DNA of 64,000 nt from Minisyncoccia bacterium (GCA_049296855.1 JBAQTF010000015.1:15112-79111), one strand, 5' to 3'; shown: positions 45,718 to 55,861, numbered from the stretch's first letter. Numbers and translations: made by a program. The notes: generated by a model not told the origin, from the sequence alone.

Positions 45718-48700
45718 ATGAAATTTACCCATCTCCACACACATTCACACTATTCCTTGCTAAATGCTCTACCCAAAATAGACGCCTTAGTTGACGAAGC
45801 TAAAAAAGACGGAATGACCGCCCTTGCATTAACTGATAACTGTAACTTGTATGGAGCAATAGAGTTTTATAAAGCATGTAAGAAAAAAAATATTAAACCT
45901 ATTATCGGCATTGACGCATACGTTGCATATAGAAGTCGTTTCGATAAGCAGATTGGTGTGGACAAGGAACGCTACAGACTAGTGCTACTGGCAGAAAATG
46001 AAATTGGCTACAAAAATCTAATAAAACTCGTGACACTCGCACACATGGAAGGTTTTTATTACAAACCGCGAATTGATCGTGAACTTTTAGAAAAATACAA
46101 CGATGGACTGATCGCGATAATTCCGGGATTCTCTGGTGACATAGTCCAGTCGCTCCGACTAGCAAATGTTGAACAGGCTACTGAGAGACTAAATTGGTAC
46201 AAAAAAACTTTTTCCGACTCCAGTTCTGGTCCAAGACTCTTTTTTGAGATAACTCATCACCCAGAAATAAAGGACCACGAAGAAAATATGAAAAAAATTG
46301 TCCTGTTTGCAAAACAGAACAATGTCCCTCTCGTTGCAGCGCATGATGTCTACTATATCGAAAAAGATGACCGCCCAGCTCGTGAAACTCTCATCGCTAT
46401 CCAATCTCAAAACGACGAAAAGATCGAGGAAAGTTATAATGACTTTTCATTCATATCGCAGAAGCAAGCAGAAAAATATTTCAAAGATTTACCAGAAACA
46501 CTGGAAAATACGGTAAAAATAGCCACTAGATGTAACTTGGAAATATCAATCGGAAAGTGGTACCTACCAAACTATATTGTCGAGAGCGGGCTATCTCATG
46601 ACAACGAGTTTAGGCGAATTGTCGAAGAAGGAATTGGAAATCGAAAACTAGAAAAAACTCCAAAGCTTTTAGAGCGAATGGAGTATGAACTCCGAATTAT
46701 TAAAGACAAAGGTTACGCTCCATATTTTCTCGTGGTGTGGGATTTATTAAATTATGCCCATAAACATAATATTTTAACAACTATCCGAGGTTCAGTTGCT
46801 GGGTCACTTTGTACATATCTTGCTGGTATTACGAACGTAAACCCTCTCGAATATGACATTCCTTTCGAAAGATTCCTTAACCCTGAAAGGCCATCAGCAC
46901 CTGACATCGACATGGATTTTGCCGACAACAGAAGAGATGAAATGATTGAGTACACAAAAACTAAATATGGAGTAGACAAAGTCGCCCAGATAGGAACATT
47001 TGGTACGATGGCGGCACGAGGAGCAGTACGAGATGTTACTCGTGCACTTGGTTTCCCATATAGTCTTGGTGATGCTATAGCAAAACTCATCCCAATGGGC
47101 GCTCAGGGGTTTCCTATGACTATAGATAGAGCTATCACTGAAACTCCGGAACTAAAAGAAATGTATAAAACCGATGAAAATGTAAAAAAAATAATCGACA
47201 TGGCTAAGAAGATAGAAGGTTGTGCACGTCACATTTCTGTACACGCTGCCGGAGTTGTTATATCACCTACACCACTGACAGATCATGTTCCTCTTCAATA
47301 CGATACAAAAGGTGATAACAAAATTATTACTCAATATGACATGAATGACGTCGGTGAGGATGGTGTTGGACTCTTAAAATTCGATTTTCTTGGAATTAGA
47401 AATCTTTCTATACTGGCGGATGCCGTAAAACTGACAGAAAAACTAGAAGGAATTAAAATCGATATAGAAAATATTCCTGTGGATGACAAAAAGACTTTTG
47501 AGATGCTCGCTCGCGGTGAAACTATTGGACTGTTTCAGTTGAACGGCGACGGCATGACACGCGCACTAAAAGAACTGCGTCCAACGGTCATTCATGATAT
47601 TAACCTCATGGTGGCATTGTATCGTCCAGGACCAATGGAAAACATAAAAGAATACACTGAGAGAAAACATGGGACGAAACCAGTAACCTATCCGCACCCA
47701 AATATGAAAAAATTCCTCGACAAGACATATGGAGTGCTTGTTTATCAGGATGATCTACTCATGACCGCTATCGAAGTAGCTGGATATACATGGGGTGAAG
47801 TGGATAAATTCCGTAAAGCTGTTGGTAAAAAAATTCGTGAGGAGATGGCGAAACAACACGTAAAATTCGTCGAAGGGTGTCAATCGCACGGCAAAATGAC
47901 AAAAGAAAAAGCGGAAAAACTCTGGAACTTATTCGAGCCATTCCAAGGGTATGGTTTCAACAAAGCTCATGCAGCAAGTTATGGAAAAGTGGCATATCAA
48001 ACTGCATATATGAAAGCAAACTTCCCTGCAATTTACATGTCAGCTGTGTTGACTGCAGAGTCTGGAGATGTAGAAAAAATTGCTGAAATAATAAACGAGT
48101 GTAAACGCATGAAAATTCCTGTACTTCCACCAGATATCAACCAATCATTTGAAGGATTTAGTGTGGTTAAAGCAAAAGCCCTAACAGAAGAAAGTGCAAA
48201 GATTTCTGAAGCCAGTACTGTAAAAGTAGACTCCATTAGATTCGGACTAACAACAATTAAAAACTTTGGCGAAGGCGTAGCTACATCTATTATCACGGAG
48301 CGTAAAGCAAATGGTAGATTCAAATCTCTATCAGATTTTCTTCGACGAATAAAAGACAAAAATTTAAACAAAAAATCTCTTGAATCACTTATAAAAGTTA
48401 GCGCGATGGACTCCCTTTCAAAAAATACAGAAATCTCAACGTGGAGAGAAGAACTTCTTCATAACTTAGATAGATTACTAACATTTAACAAGGAAGAAAG
48501 GAGTAAGGAGTCCGACCAAGATTCACTTTTTTCTAGCATGGCAAAAACTGAGAAAGCGGTAGAAATAAGTTTGGAAAAAGCTCCAAAAACAAATCCAGCT
48601 GACAGATTAGCTTGGGAAAAAGAACTTCTTGGACTTTATATCTCTGGACACCCATTAGACAGCTTTAAACATAAACTAGAAAACAGAGAAATAAATATTA

Positions 48701-48975
48701 AAAGATTAAAAGAAACCGCAAAAGAAAGAGAGCCTGTGGTTATTGGTGGAATTATAGAGGAAGTCAGAGCTGTCTCTACAAAAAAGGGTGAAAAAATGGT
48801 TTTTCTTCGAGTAGCAGATCTTACTGACTCGATAGAAGCTGTGGCTTTCCCAAAGATATTCGAAGAATTTAAAGATATTCTAGTTCCAGAAAGTTGTGTG
48901 GTGATTAAAGGAATATTTTCGACAAGAAATAAAGGAAAGAGTGTTTTGATAGATAAAGTAAAAGTGATGGAATAA
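45718..48975 (+). CDS. dnaE: DNA polymerase III alpha subunit.
   Basis: It has an N-terminal PHP domain (HLHTHSHYSLL), a PolIIIA core, and a C-terminal OB fold. Confidence 0.95.
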   Translation: MKFTHLHTHSHYSLLNALPKIDALVDEAKKDGMTALALTDNCNLYGAIEFYKACKKKNIKPIIGIDAYVAYRSRFDKQIGVDKERYRLVLLAENEIGYKNLIKLVTLAHMEGFYYKPRIDRELLEKYNDGLIAIIPGFSGDIVQSLRLANVEQATERLNWYKKTFSDSSSGPRLFFEITHHPEIKDHEENMKKIVLFAKQNNVPLVAAHDVYYIEKDDRPARETLIAIQSQNDEKIEESYNDFSFISQKQAEKYFKDLPETLENTVKIATRCNLEISIGKWYLPNYIVESGLSHDNEFRRIVEEGIGNRKLEKTPKLLERMEYELRIIKDKGYAPYFLVVWDLLNYAHKHNILTTIRGSVAGSLCTYLAGITNVNPLEYDIPFERFLNPERPSAPDIDMDFADNRRDEMIEYTKTKYGVDKVAQIGTFGTMAARGAVRDVTRALGFPYSLGDAIAKLIPMGAQGFPMTIDRAITETPELKEMYKTDENVKKIIDMAKKIEGCARHISVHAAGVVISPTPLTDHVPLQYDTKGDNKIITQYDMNDVGEDGVGLLKFDFLGIRNLSILADAVKLTEKLEGIKIDIENIPVDDKKTFEMLARGETIGLFQLNGDGMTRALKELRPTVIHDINLMVALYRPGPMENIKEYTERKHGTKPVTYPHPNMKKFLDKTYGVLVYQDDLLMTAIEVAGYTWGEVDKFRKAVGKKIREEMAKQHVKFVEGCQSHGKMTKEKAEKLWNLFEPFQGYGFNKAHAASYGKVAYQTAYMKANFPAIYMSAVLTAESGDVEKIAEIINECKRMKIPVLPPDINQSFEGFSVVKAKALTEESAKISEASTVKVDSIRFGLTTIKNFGEGVATSIITERKANGRFKSLSDFLRRIKDKNLNKKSLESLIKVSAMDSLSKNTEISTWREELLHNLDRLLTFNKEERSKESDQDSLFSSMAKTEKAVEISLEKAPKTNPADRLAWEKELLGLYISGHPLDSFKHKLENREINIKRLKETAKEREPVVIGGIIEEVRAVSTKKGEKMVFLRVADLTDSIEAVAFPKIFEEFKDILVPESCVVIKGIFSTRNKGKSVLIDKVKVME

Positions 48976-49070
48976 ATGGAAATTAAACATCACATTTCTG
49001 ACGGTGTATAAAGAAGAGCCGATATTGAATTGAATCAATAACGGCTCCTGAAATACCGACAAACGAAACG

Positions 49071-49316
49071 TCATTTTGTGGCGATGGACAACGCCATATC
49101 CAGATGTCGCCAACCAGCACGAATGAGAGAACGGGCAGTGAACACTCCAAGAACAACAGCAACTCCACTTTTGAGTTGAGTCGCCACATCTCCAGAGAAC
49201 AGACCCGAGAAAAGTGCTAGTTCTGTGGTGATGATTATGAAAGTCGCCGTCACAAAGTACTTCTCCGCAATTCGCCTCTCCAGTAGGACCGCATCGATCA
49301 TGATCACTCTCCACAT
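49071..49316 (-). CDS. Hypothetical small membrane protein of 81 aa.
   Basis: It is hydrophobic with two TM helices. The overlapping 144-aa frame is Cys/His/Trp-rich and looks spurious. GC is elevated. Confidence 0.35.
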   Translation of the reverse strand: MWRVIMIDAVLLERRIAEKYFVTATFIIITTELALFSGLFSGDVATQLKSGVAVVLGVFTARSLIRAGWRHLDMALSIATK

Positions 49317-49374
49317 ATAACTAAACCAGAAACGGAAGCTTGAGTCAACAATATCAAATTTCTAAAAAAGTGTT

Positions 49375-50634
49375 ATGCTTATCTTTATGGAAAATGATAA
49401 TGACCAGATGGACAAAAATGACCACCGTGTCATAGGTAAAGAGCTTGGACTTTTTGTTTTTTCTGATGTAGTAGGCAAAGGTCTTCCTTTATATACAGAC
49501 AAGGGTGCAACAATACGTCGTGAGCTTGAGAGATTTATTGTAGATGAAGAAATAAAGCGTGGTTACAAACACGTCTCAACTCCAGATATTGCTAAACTGG
49601 ATTTGTATAAAAAGTCAGGTCATTACCCATATTACAAAGACACCATGTACTCACCTATAGACATCGATGGTGAGGAATTTATGCTCCGTCCTATGACCTG
49701 CCCTCATCATTATGAACTCTATCTATCAAAACCTCATTCATATCGGGAATTACCTGTCCGTATTGCAGAAATGGCAAAGCTATATAGATATGAAGCTTCT
49801 GGAAACTTAGCTGGACTCATTCGAGTTAGATCTTTTTGTCTTGCCGACGCACATATCATAACAACAAATAAAGAACAATCTGGAGAAGAAGTGAAGAAAG
49901 CTTTGGAACTTATTACTTATGTCGCGGGAGTTTTCGGTTTGAAAAAAGGCGATGATTTCTGGTATCAGTTATCACTTGGTGATAGAAGAGATGATAAAAA
50001 ATATTACAAAAATGACAAAGCTTGGGATGAAGCTGAGCAAATCCTCCGAGAAGTATTGCAAAACCAAGATGTAAAATTTGCTGAAAAAGAAAATGAGGCA
50101 GCATTTTATGGACCAAAGATTGATGTACAGATGAAAGATGTCCGTGGCCAAGAAAACACAGCTTTCACAGTGCAATATGACTTTATTGCCCCAACTAAAT
50201 TCGAACTTTCATACACTGACTCAGATGGTGCAGTAAAACTATGCTCTTCTGTTATACACCGTTCATCTATCGGAGCTATCGAGAGAATTATGGCTTTTCT
50301 TATTGAGCATTATGGTGGAGCATTCCCTCTTTGGTTATCACCGACACAAGTCAAAGTTATTCCAGTTCGTACAAATCATAACGACTATGCCAAAGGAATT
50401 TTTGAAATGTTAATAGAAAACGGCATCCGCGCAGAGTTTGATGACGCTGATTCAAATTTAGGCGGAAAGGTTCGAGATGCAAAAACAAACAAAATGCCTT
50501 ACTGGATTGTACTAGGAGACAAAGAAGTTGATTCTGGAAAAGTCACTCTTGAATCTCGCCATGGTAAAAAAGTTGAGATTGGAAAAGAAGAACTTCTAGA
50601 AAAACTAAAAGGGGAAATTAAAAACAAATTATAA
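49375..50634 (+). CDS. thrS: Threonyl-tRNA synthetase with catalytic and anticodon-binding domains only, lacking the N-terminal TGS and editing domains.
   Basis: DHRVIGKELGLF aligns to about residue 240 of E. coli ThrRS. The class II motifs and the anticodon-binding domain are present, giving 419 aa in total. The start is ambiguous (49375, 49387 or 49408). Confidence 0.85.
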   Translation: MLIFMENDNDQMDKNDHRVIGKELGLFVFSDVVGKGLPLYTDKGATIRRELERFIVDEEIKRGYKHVSTPDIAKLDLYKKSGHYPYYKDTMYSPIDIDGEEFMLRPMTCPHHYELYLSKPHSYRELPVRIAEMAKLYRYEASGNLAGLIRVRSFCLADAHIITTNKEQSGEEVKKALELITYVAGVFGLKKGDDFWYQLSLGDRRDDKKYYKNDKAWDEAEQILREVLQNQDVKFAEKENEAAFYGPKIDVQMKDVRGQENTAFTVQYDFIAPTKFELSYTDSDGAVKLCSSVIHRSSIGAIERIMAFLIEHYGGAFPLWLSPTQVKVIPVRTNHNDYAKGIFEMLIENGIRAEFDDADSNLGGKVRDAKTNKMPYWIVLGDKEVDSGKVTLESRHGKKVEIGKEELLEKLKGEIKNKL

Positions 50635-50650
50635 TTTAACAATATAACAT

Positions 50651-50869
50651 ATGAAAAAATTATATAAATCAAATACTGACAAAGTTTTTGCAGGGGTTAT
50701 TGGTGGTCTAGGTGAATATTTTGATATTGATCCAACTATCCTTCGTCTAGCTTACATTCTGATTACTATCCTGACTGGACTTATCCCATCAATCATAGGT
50801 TACTTTGTAGCGGTTCTTATTGTCCCTAACAAACCACATCACACACACCACACCGAAAAAACAAGTTAG
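50651..50869 (+). CDS. PspC-domain membrane protein.
   Basis: MKKLYKSNTDKVFAGVIGGLGEYFDIDPTILRLAYIL matches the PspC N-terminal domain. Confidence 0.7.
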   Translation: MKKLYKSNTDKVFAGVIGGLGEYFDIDPTILRLAYILITILTGLIPSIIGYFVAVLIVPNKPHHTHHTEKTS

Positions 50870-50924
50870 AATAGAAAAAAGGGCACTCTCAATTAGATGA
50901 TGATATTGGCCAGATGTGGAAGTT

Positions 50925-53009
50925 TTAGATATCCAGATTTGCTTTGGTTGCGTTGGACTGAATAAAACTCTTCCTAGCTGGAACGTCTGTTCCCATGAGA
51001 ATATCAAATACTTTGTCAGCAGAAACAGTACTCTCAACAGCAACTTGTTTTAAGATACGACGAGCAGGATCCATAGTTGTCTCCCAGAGCTCATCCGAGT
51101 TCATCTCTCCCAATCCTTTATATCTCTGTATAGAGATTTTAGATTTTTTAGGATTTTTAGAGTCTTTTTTCTCCTCCCCTCCCTCGCTTACTAGCTCTGG
51201 ATTTTCGGTCTCAACGGCTTCTACTTCTTCTATTTCAAGAACTTCTTCCTTACCAACAACTTTTGCCTTTTCTTCGTCAGAATATGCATAGAAAATTTCT
51301 TTGCCCTTTTTTATTTTATAAAGTGGTGGTTGAGCAATATAAACAAATCCTCCATCAATAAGTGGTCGAAAGAATCTGTAAAGTAGAGTTAAAATGAGTG
51401 TTCGAATGTGCGCACCATCAACATCAGCATCTGTTGCAATGATTATTTTGTGATAACGAAGTTTGCTGATATCAAACGTATCTCCTATTGCAGTGCCGAG
51501 AGCGATAACTAGGTTTTTTATCTGCTCTGACTCAAGCATACGATCGAGTCGAGCTCGTTCAATGTTTAAAATCTTTCCTCGCAGTGGAAGTATTGCCTGT
51601 GTTCGTCTGTCACGACCAGTTTTAGCTGTACCTCCAGCGGAATCTCCTTCCACAATAAAAAGCTCTGAGTCAGATGCATCTTTGCTCTGACAGTCAGCAA
51701 GTTTTCCAGGAAGCGTCATCCCTTCCAAGGCACCCTTCCTAAGCACAGAGTCTTTCGCAGCTTTTGCCGCCTTGCGAGCCTTCAAAGCTAAAACTACCTT
51801 GTTTATTATTGATCGGGCGTCGTCAGGGTTTTCTTCAAGAAAATATGTAAAAGCTTCAGAAAAAATAGTATTAACCGAGCCCTGTGCCTCAACCGTACCA
51901 AGTTTTGATTTTGTCTGACCTTCAAACTGGACTTCTCGAAGTTTTATGGAAATAACAGCAGTTAGTCCTTCCAAAACATCTTCACCTGTAAAATTATCTT
52001 CGCTTTCTTTTATTAAATTATTTTTTCTACCATATGTATTTAGTGTTCGAGTTAGTGCAGTTTTGAATCCTGTAACGTGAGTACCGCCTTCTGAGTTATA
52101 GATATTATTTGCAAACGCAGATAGACGACAGGAAATATCATCAACATACTGTAGTGCCACCTCAACTGATTCATATTCGTTTGTTTTCTTTTCTACATAG
52201 AAAACATTTTTGTGAATTGGCTTTAATGTATTGTTATGGAATTTAACAAGTGATAAAAGCCCTCCTTCAAAATAAAAAGACATTGAAGGAATCTCGAGTC
52301 CAAGCTCGGAGATTTTGAAAACCTCGTCTTCTTTTATTTTACCAGCGTATGTAGTTGCGTCATTTATAGTAATGCGTAAACCTTTCACGAGATACGCTTG
52401 TTGACGCAAATGATCAATCACTCTTTTAAAACTGAACTCAATGACTGGAAAGATTACCTTGTCTGGCTCGAATAACACAATAGTTCCGTTCTTTTTTGTT
52501 GTACCGATTTTCTTTACAAGAGCTTTCCTCTTTCCTTGAGAATATTCCTGCATATAAATACCGCCTTCTTTATAAACAGTAACTTTACAATAAATAGACA
52601 GTGCATTTACCACAGAAGCTCCCACACCGTGAAGTCCTCCAGAAACTTTGTAACCCCCATCTTCACCGCCAAACTTTCCTCCAGCGTGAAGTGTAGTCAT
52701 AATAGTTTCCAGTGCAGAGACTTTTGTTTGTTTATGAATATCAACTGGAATACCACGACCGTTGTCAGTAACTCGAATTCTGTTCCCAGGAAGGAGTGTT
52801 ACTTCGATATCGTTTGCAAAACCACCCATGGCTTCGTCACGAGCGTTGTCAAAAATCTCCGAAATAAGATGGTGAAGGCCATCTGTGCCTGTCGTACCAA
52901 TGTACATTCCAGGTCGCTTTCTAACTGGTTCTAGCCCTTCTAGAATCTGGATAGCATCCGCTCCGTAACTATCCTTTTTACTCGCTTTCTTTACTGGTAT
53001 CTTAGCCAT
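50925..53009 (-). CDS. gyrB: DNA gyrase subunit B.
   Basis: It has a GHKL ATPase (ISEIFDNARDE), TOPRIM (EGDSAGG), and a C-terminal tail with an acidic insertion. Confidence 0.95.
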   Translation of the reverse strand: MAKIPVKKASKKDSYGADAIQILEGLEPVRKRPGMYIGTTGTDGLHHLISEIFDNARDEAMGGFANDIEVTLLPGNRIRVTDNGRGIPVDIHKQTKVSALETIMTTLHAGGKFGGEDGGYKVSGGLHGVGASVVNALSIYCKVTVYKEGGIYMQEYSQGKRKALVKKIGTTKKNGTIVLFEPDKVIFPVIEFSFKRVIDHLRQQAYLVKGLRITINDATTYAGKIKEDEVFKISELGLEIPSMSFYFEGGLLSLVKFHNNTLKPIHKNVFYVEKKTNEYESVEVALQYVDDISCRLSAFANNIYNSEGGTHVTGFKTALTRTLNTYGRKNNLIKESEDNFTGEDVLEGLTAVISIKLREVQFEGQTKSKLGTVEAQGSVNTIFSEAFTYFLEENPDDARSIINKVVLALKARKAAKAAKDSVLRKGALEGMTLPGKLADCQSKDASDSELFIVEGDSAGGTAKTGRDRRTQAILPLRGKILNIERARLDRMLESEQIKNLVIALGTAIGDTFDISKLRYHKIIIATDADVDGAHIRTLILTLLYRFFRPLIDGGFVYIAQPPLYKIKKGKEIFYAYSDEEKAKVVGKEEVLEIEEVEAVETENPELVSEGGEEKKDSKNPKKSKISIQRYKGLGEMNSDELWETTMDPARRILKQVAVESTVSADKVFDILMGTDVPARKSFIQSNATKANLDI

Positions 53010-53202
53010 ATTTATGTGTTTTTAGTCATTCAATTATAGCAAAAATCATTACTTAAAACAAGGGAATTTTGTATGTTTTTAGCCTTAAAATATACTTGAC
53101 TTTATATATTAAATATGTTTGAATTGCTCTCAAAGACTGAGTAACACCCCGAAGCAAGAAAAACTGAAGTGGGGTTAGCCCCATTTCCCACCTTGTATAG
53201 AA

Positions 53203-53245
53203 TCCCGTACAGAAACACACGAACTCTGTACGGGGTTTTGTTTTG
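53203..53245 (+). terminator. Strong intrinsic terminator about 50 nt upstream of pheS, in the divergent gyrB/pheS intergenic region.
   Basis: The 10-11 bp stem CCCGTACAGA/TCTGTACGGG has an 11-nt loop and is followed by TTTTGTTTT. Confidence 0.6.
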
Positions 53246-53265
53246 CAAAAAATTTATTTAAAAAC

Positions 53266-53294
53266 TTGAATTTTTGTTCATTTTTCATTATAGT
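53266..53294 (+). promoter_or_regulatory. Promoter-like element: TTGAAT, 17-nt spacer, then TATAGT, abutting the pheS start codon (possibly a leaderless mRNA).
   Basis: The -10 box ends 1-7 nt before the candidate ATGs at 53296 and 53302. Confidence 0.3.
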
Positions 53295-53295
53295 G

Positions 53296-54498
53296 ATGAG
53301 CATGTCAGAACTAACAAAAGAGAAAGCTAAAAAACTTTATATGTCAGCAGATTTGTCTCATCATGAGTTCTCTGTTTCTACGGACGAACAGGATAAACTT
53401 ATTTCTGAACTAAACAGGAGGGAAGATGCTGAGGCATCCAGAATAAAGCGATATCTAGCAATGTCTGACCTATCTAGAACAGATGGTAGTCCAATCCACG
53501 AGATTATAGAGCGAGTAACAGTCTTACCCATATTTAAAGGTTTTGATCACATTCAAACACCAGAGATTGTACCAGTTAAAGAAAGTTTTGATTTATTCGA
53601 TTTCCCACTAGAGCACCCAGCGCGAAGCACTTCCGATACATACTACGTTAACAAAGAAAATATCCTCCGAACACATACGACAGTGATGTGGTATTACTAC
53701 CTCGGACGTCCAGATATAAAAGAGAAAATCAAAAAAGATGAAAATATTGGTGTACTTTCGTACGGAAAAGTTTATCGCAAAGACGAAATCGACAGACATC
53801 ACATGAATATATTCCACCAGATGGATGGATTGTACCTATGCAAAAATGATAAACACGTTATTACAAAAGAAGACTTGCAAGATGTTCTGGTAGAAGTTGC
53901 ACAGTCCGTATTCGGTAAAGATATTAAATACAAATTTAACCCAGACAACTTCCCATACACTCATTCAAGTATCGAAATGGAAATTGATAAAGATGGAAAA
54001 TGGGTTGAGGTTCTGGGAGCTGGAGTTGTGGAGCCAAGCGTACTTGAGAAACTTGGTGTTGATTCAAAACAATACAATGGCTGGGCATTCGGTTTCGGGC
54101 TTGAGAGACTTGCAATCATTAGTATGGAACTGCCTGATATTCGCCTCCTGTGGTCAGAGGATCCTCGTGTAATAAAACAGCTAAAACTTGGTAATAAGTT
54201 TGTGGAGGTTTCCAAATACCCACCTATAGTTCGAGATATTTCTTTTGTGGTGGAAAATAACTTCATTCCGAATGATTATTTTGATGTTGTAAGAGAATTA
54301 GCCCCAGGACTAATTGAACAAGTAGAATTGATAGACAAATACGAAAACGTGGAAAAGTTTGGTGCTGAAAACGTCAGCTATGCCTACCGAATCACCTATC
54401 GATCCCTAGATAGGACACTTACTGCAAGTGAAATAGATATACTGCATAAAAAACTCGAAAACGTAACGAGAGGAACTTATAATGCAACGATACGATAA
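53296..54498 (+). CDS. pheS: Single-chain (mitochondrial-type) phenylalanyl-tRNA synthetase: a PheS catalytic core with a C-terminal FDX-ACB anticodon-binding domain.
   Basis: It carries the class II motifs EHPARSTSDTYYV, LRTHTT and GWAFGFGLERLAI. The C-terminal SKYPPIVRDISFVV...YRITYRSLDRTLTASE matches the FDX-ACB domain of monomeric mitochondrial PheRS. There is no pheT in this window. Confidence 0.8.
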   Translation: MSMSELTKEKAKKLYMSADLSHHEFSVSTDEQDKLISELNRREDAEASRIKRYLAMSDLSRTDGSPIHEIIERVTVLPIFKGFDHIQTPEIVPVKESFDLFDFPLEHPARSTSDTYYVNKENILRTHTTVMWYYYLGRPDIKEKIKKDENIGVLSYGKVYRKDEIDRHHMNIFHQMDGLYLCKNDKHVITKEDLQDVLVEVAQSVFGKDIKYKFNPDNFPYTHSSIEMEIDKDGKWVEVLGAGVVEPSVLEKLGVDSKQYNGWAFGFGLERLAIISMELPDIRLLWSEDPRVIKQLKLGNKFVEVSKYPPIVRDISFVVENNFIPNDYFDVVRELAPGLIEQVELIDKYENVEKFGAENVSYAYRITYRSLDRTLTASEIDILHKKLENVTRGTYNATIR

Positions 54499-55745
54499 TG
54501 ATTGATGTAACAAATTCAATTACATATTTTTTTCTTTTCCTCTCACTAAACTTTGAGGTGTTTTTGCTTATTACTTATTTTGAAAATCGTTTGGAAATAA
54601 AAAAAGAAGAAGACTTGCTCCTTATCCCCCTCAAAAAATACCCGACAGTTACTATCATCGTCCCTTGTTGGAACGAAGAAGCTACAGTTTCCAAAACAAT
54701 ATATTCCCTACTCAATCTCGACTATCCAAAAGATAAACTAAAAATAATGATTATTGACGACGGTTCAAAAGATAGGACTTGGGAAATTGTTCAGAAATTT
54801 AAAACTAACCCACAGATCGAACTTCACACAAAAGAAAATGGTGGAAAATACACAGCACTGAACTACGGCCTGATAAAACTCAAAACAGACTTGGTTGGAT
54901 GTCTCGATGCTGACTCATACGTACACAAAGACGCACTCAAACAAATCGTTTCATATTTCCAAGACAAAGAAATTATGGCTGTAGCACCGTCTATAAAACT
55001 TTGGCAACCAAAAAGTTTTTTGCAACTACTCCAGAAAGTTGAGTATGGATTCGGCATATTTACTCGAAAAATGTATCACTACATGCAGGCTGTTTATATT
55101 ACTCCTGGGCCATTTTCTATTTTCCGAAAAGAAGTTTTTGAAAATCTTGGACCTTACAGACACGCCCACAACACAGAGGATATCGAGATTGCCTTACGTA
55201 TGCAGAAAAATGGCTACAAGATAGCTCACGCACATAATGCGATAGTCTACACTATTCCACCAAAGACCGTGAAGAAACTCCTGAAACAGCGCATCCGATG
55301 GTCGCATGGTTTTATTAAAAATGCTACAGACTATCGTGACATGTTCTTTAAAAAGAAATATGGTAATGTTGGTATGATTATTCTTCCAATGGCCAGTATC
55401 TCACTAGTTTCTGTGCTTTTTGTTTCTTCAGTCGCAATTTTCAATACAATAAGAGCCCTAGTAGATGAATACATTAAAATCAGCACTGTTGGATTTAGTA
55501 CAAACTGGTTAAGTTTCAACTTCGAGTGGTTCTATGTCAACACTCAGTTTATTGCACTTGTTGGCGTTGTAATTGCGCTTGGGTCAATTTCGATGATACT
55601 TGTATCAAAGAAAATGTCTGAAGGAAAACTCGACATAGGTATGGATTTGATTTATTACTTATCTTTGTATATGTTTATAGCTCCGTTGTGGATAGGTAAA
55701 GCTACTTGGAACGCTTTGTTCAGAGTAGAAACCCCTTGGCGATAA
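54498..55745 (+). CDS. Processive family-2 glycosyltransferase (membrane synthase-like, with a QxxRW motif).
   Basis: It has the GT2 motifs VPCWNEE, DDGSKD and LDADS, and QRIRW (QxxRW), plus multiple C-terminal TM helices. Confidence 0.8.
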   Translation: MIDVTNSITYFFLFLSLNFEVFLLITYFENRLEIKKEEDLLLIPLKKYPTVTIIVPCWNEEATVSKTIYSLLNLDYPKDKLKIMIIDDGSKDRTWEIVQKFKTNPQIELHTKENGGKYTALNYGLIKLKTDLVGCLDADSYVHKDALKQIVSYFQDKEIMAVAPSIKLWQPKSFLQLLQKVEYGFGIFTRKMYHYMQAVYITPGPFSIFRKEVFENLGPYRHAHNTEDIEIALRMQKNGYKIAHAHNAIVYTIPPKTVKKLLKQRIRWSHGFIKNATDYRDMFFKKKYGNVGMIILPMASISLVSVLFVSSVAIFNTIRALVDEYIKISTVGFSTNWLSFNFEWFYVNTQFIALVGVVIALGSISMILVSKKMSEGKLDIGMDLIYYLSLYMFIAPLWIGKATWNALFRVETPWR

Positions 55746-55861
55746 TCCTATAAAAAATAATGAGTAATAATTCTCTAAATCCCGTTAGAGTTTTACAAAT
55801 TTCGGATATACTCTAAATGGGGCTAAGTTAATAATATAAGATTAAATAATTAAAATAAGTA

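Noticed and set aside
48880-49314. 144-aa Cys/His/Trp-rich ORF
   Set aside because: It looks like a wrong-frame artefact. The overlapping 81-aa frame (49071-49316) is a plausible membrane protein.
53100-53200. T-box riboswitch or Phe-rich leader-peptide attenuator upstream of pheS
   Set aside because: I found no AATTAGGGTGGTACCGCG-like T-box sequence. The only mini-ORFs (MFLALKYT, MFELLSKTE) are not Phe-rich. The mechanism is left open.
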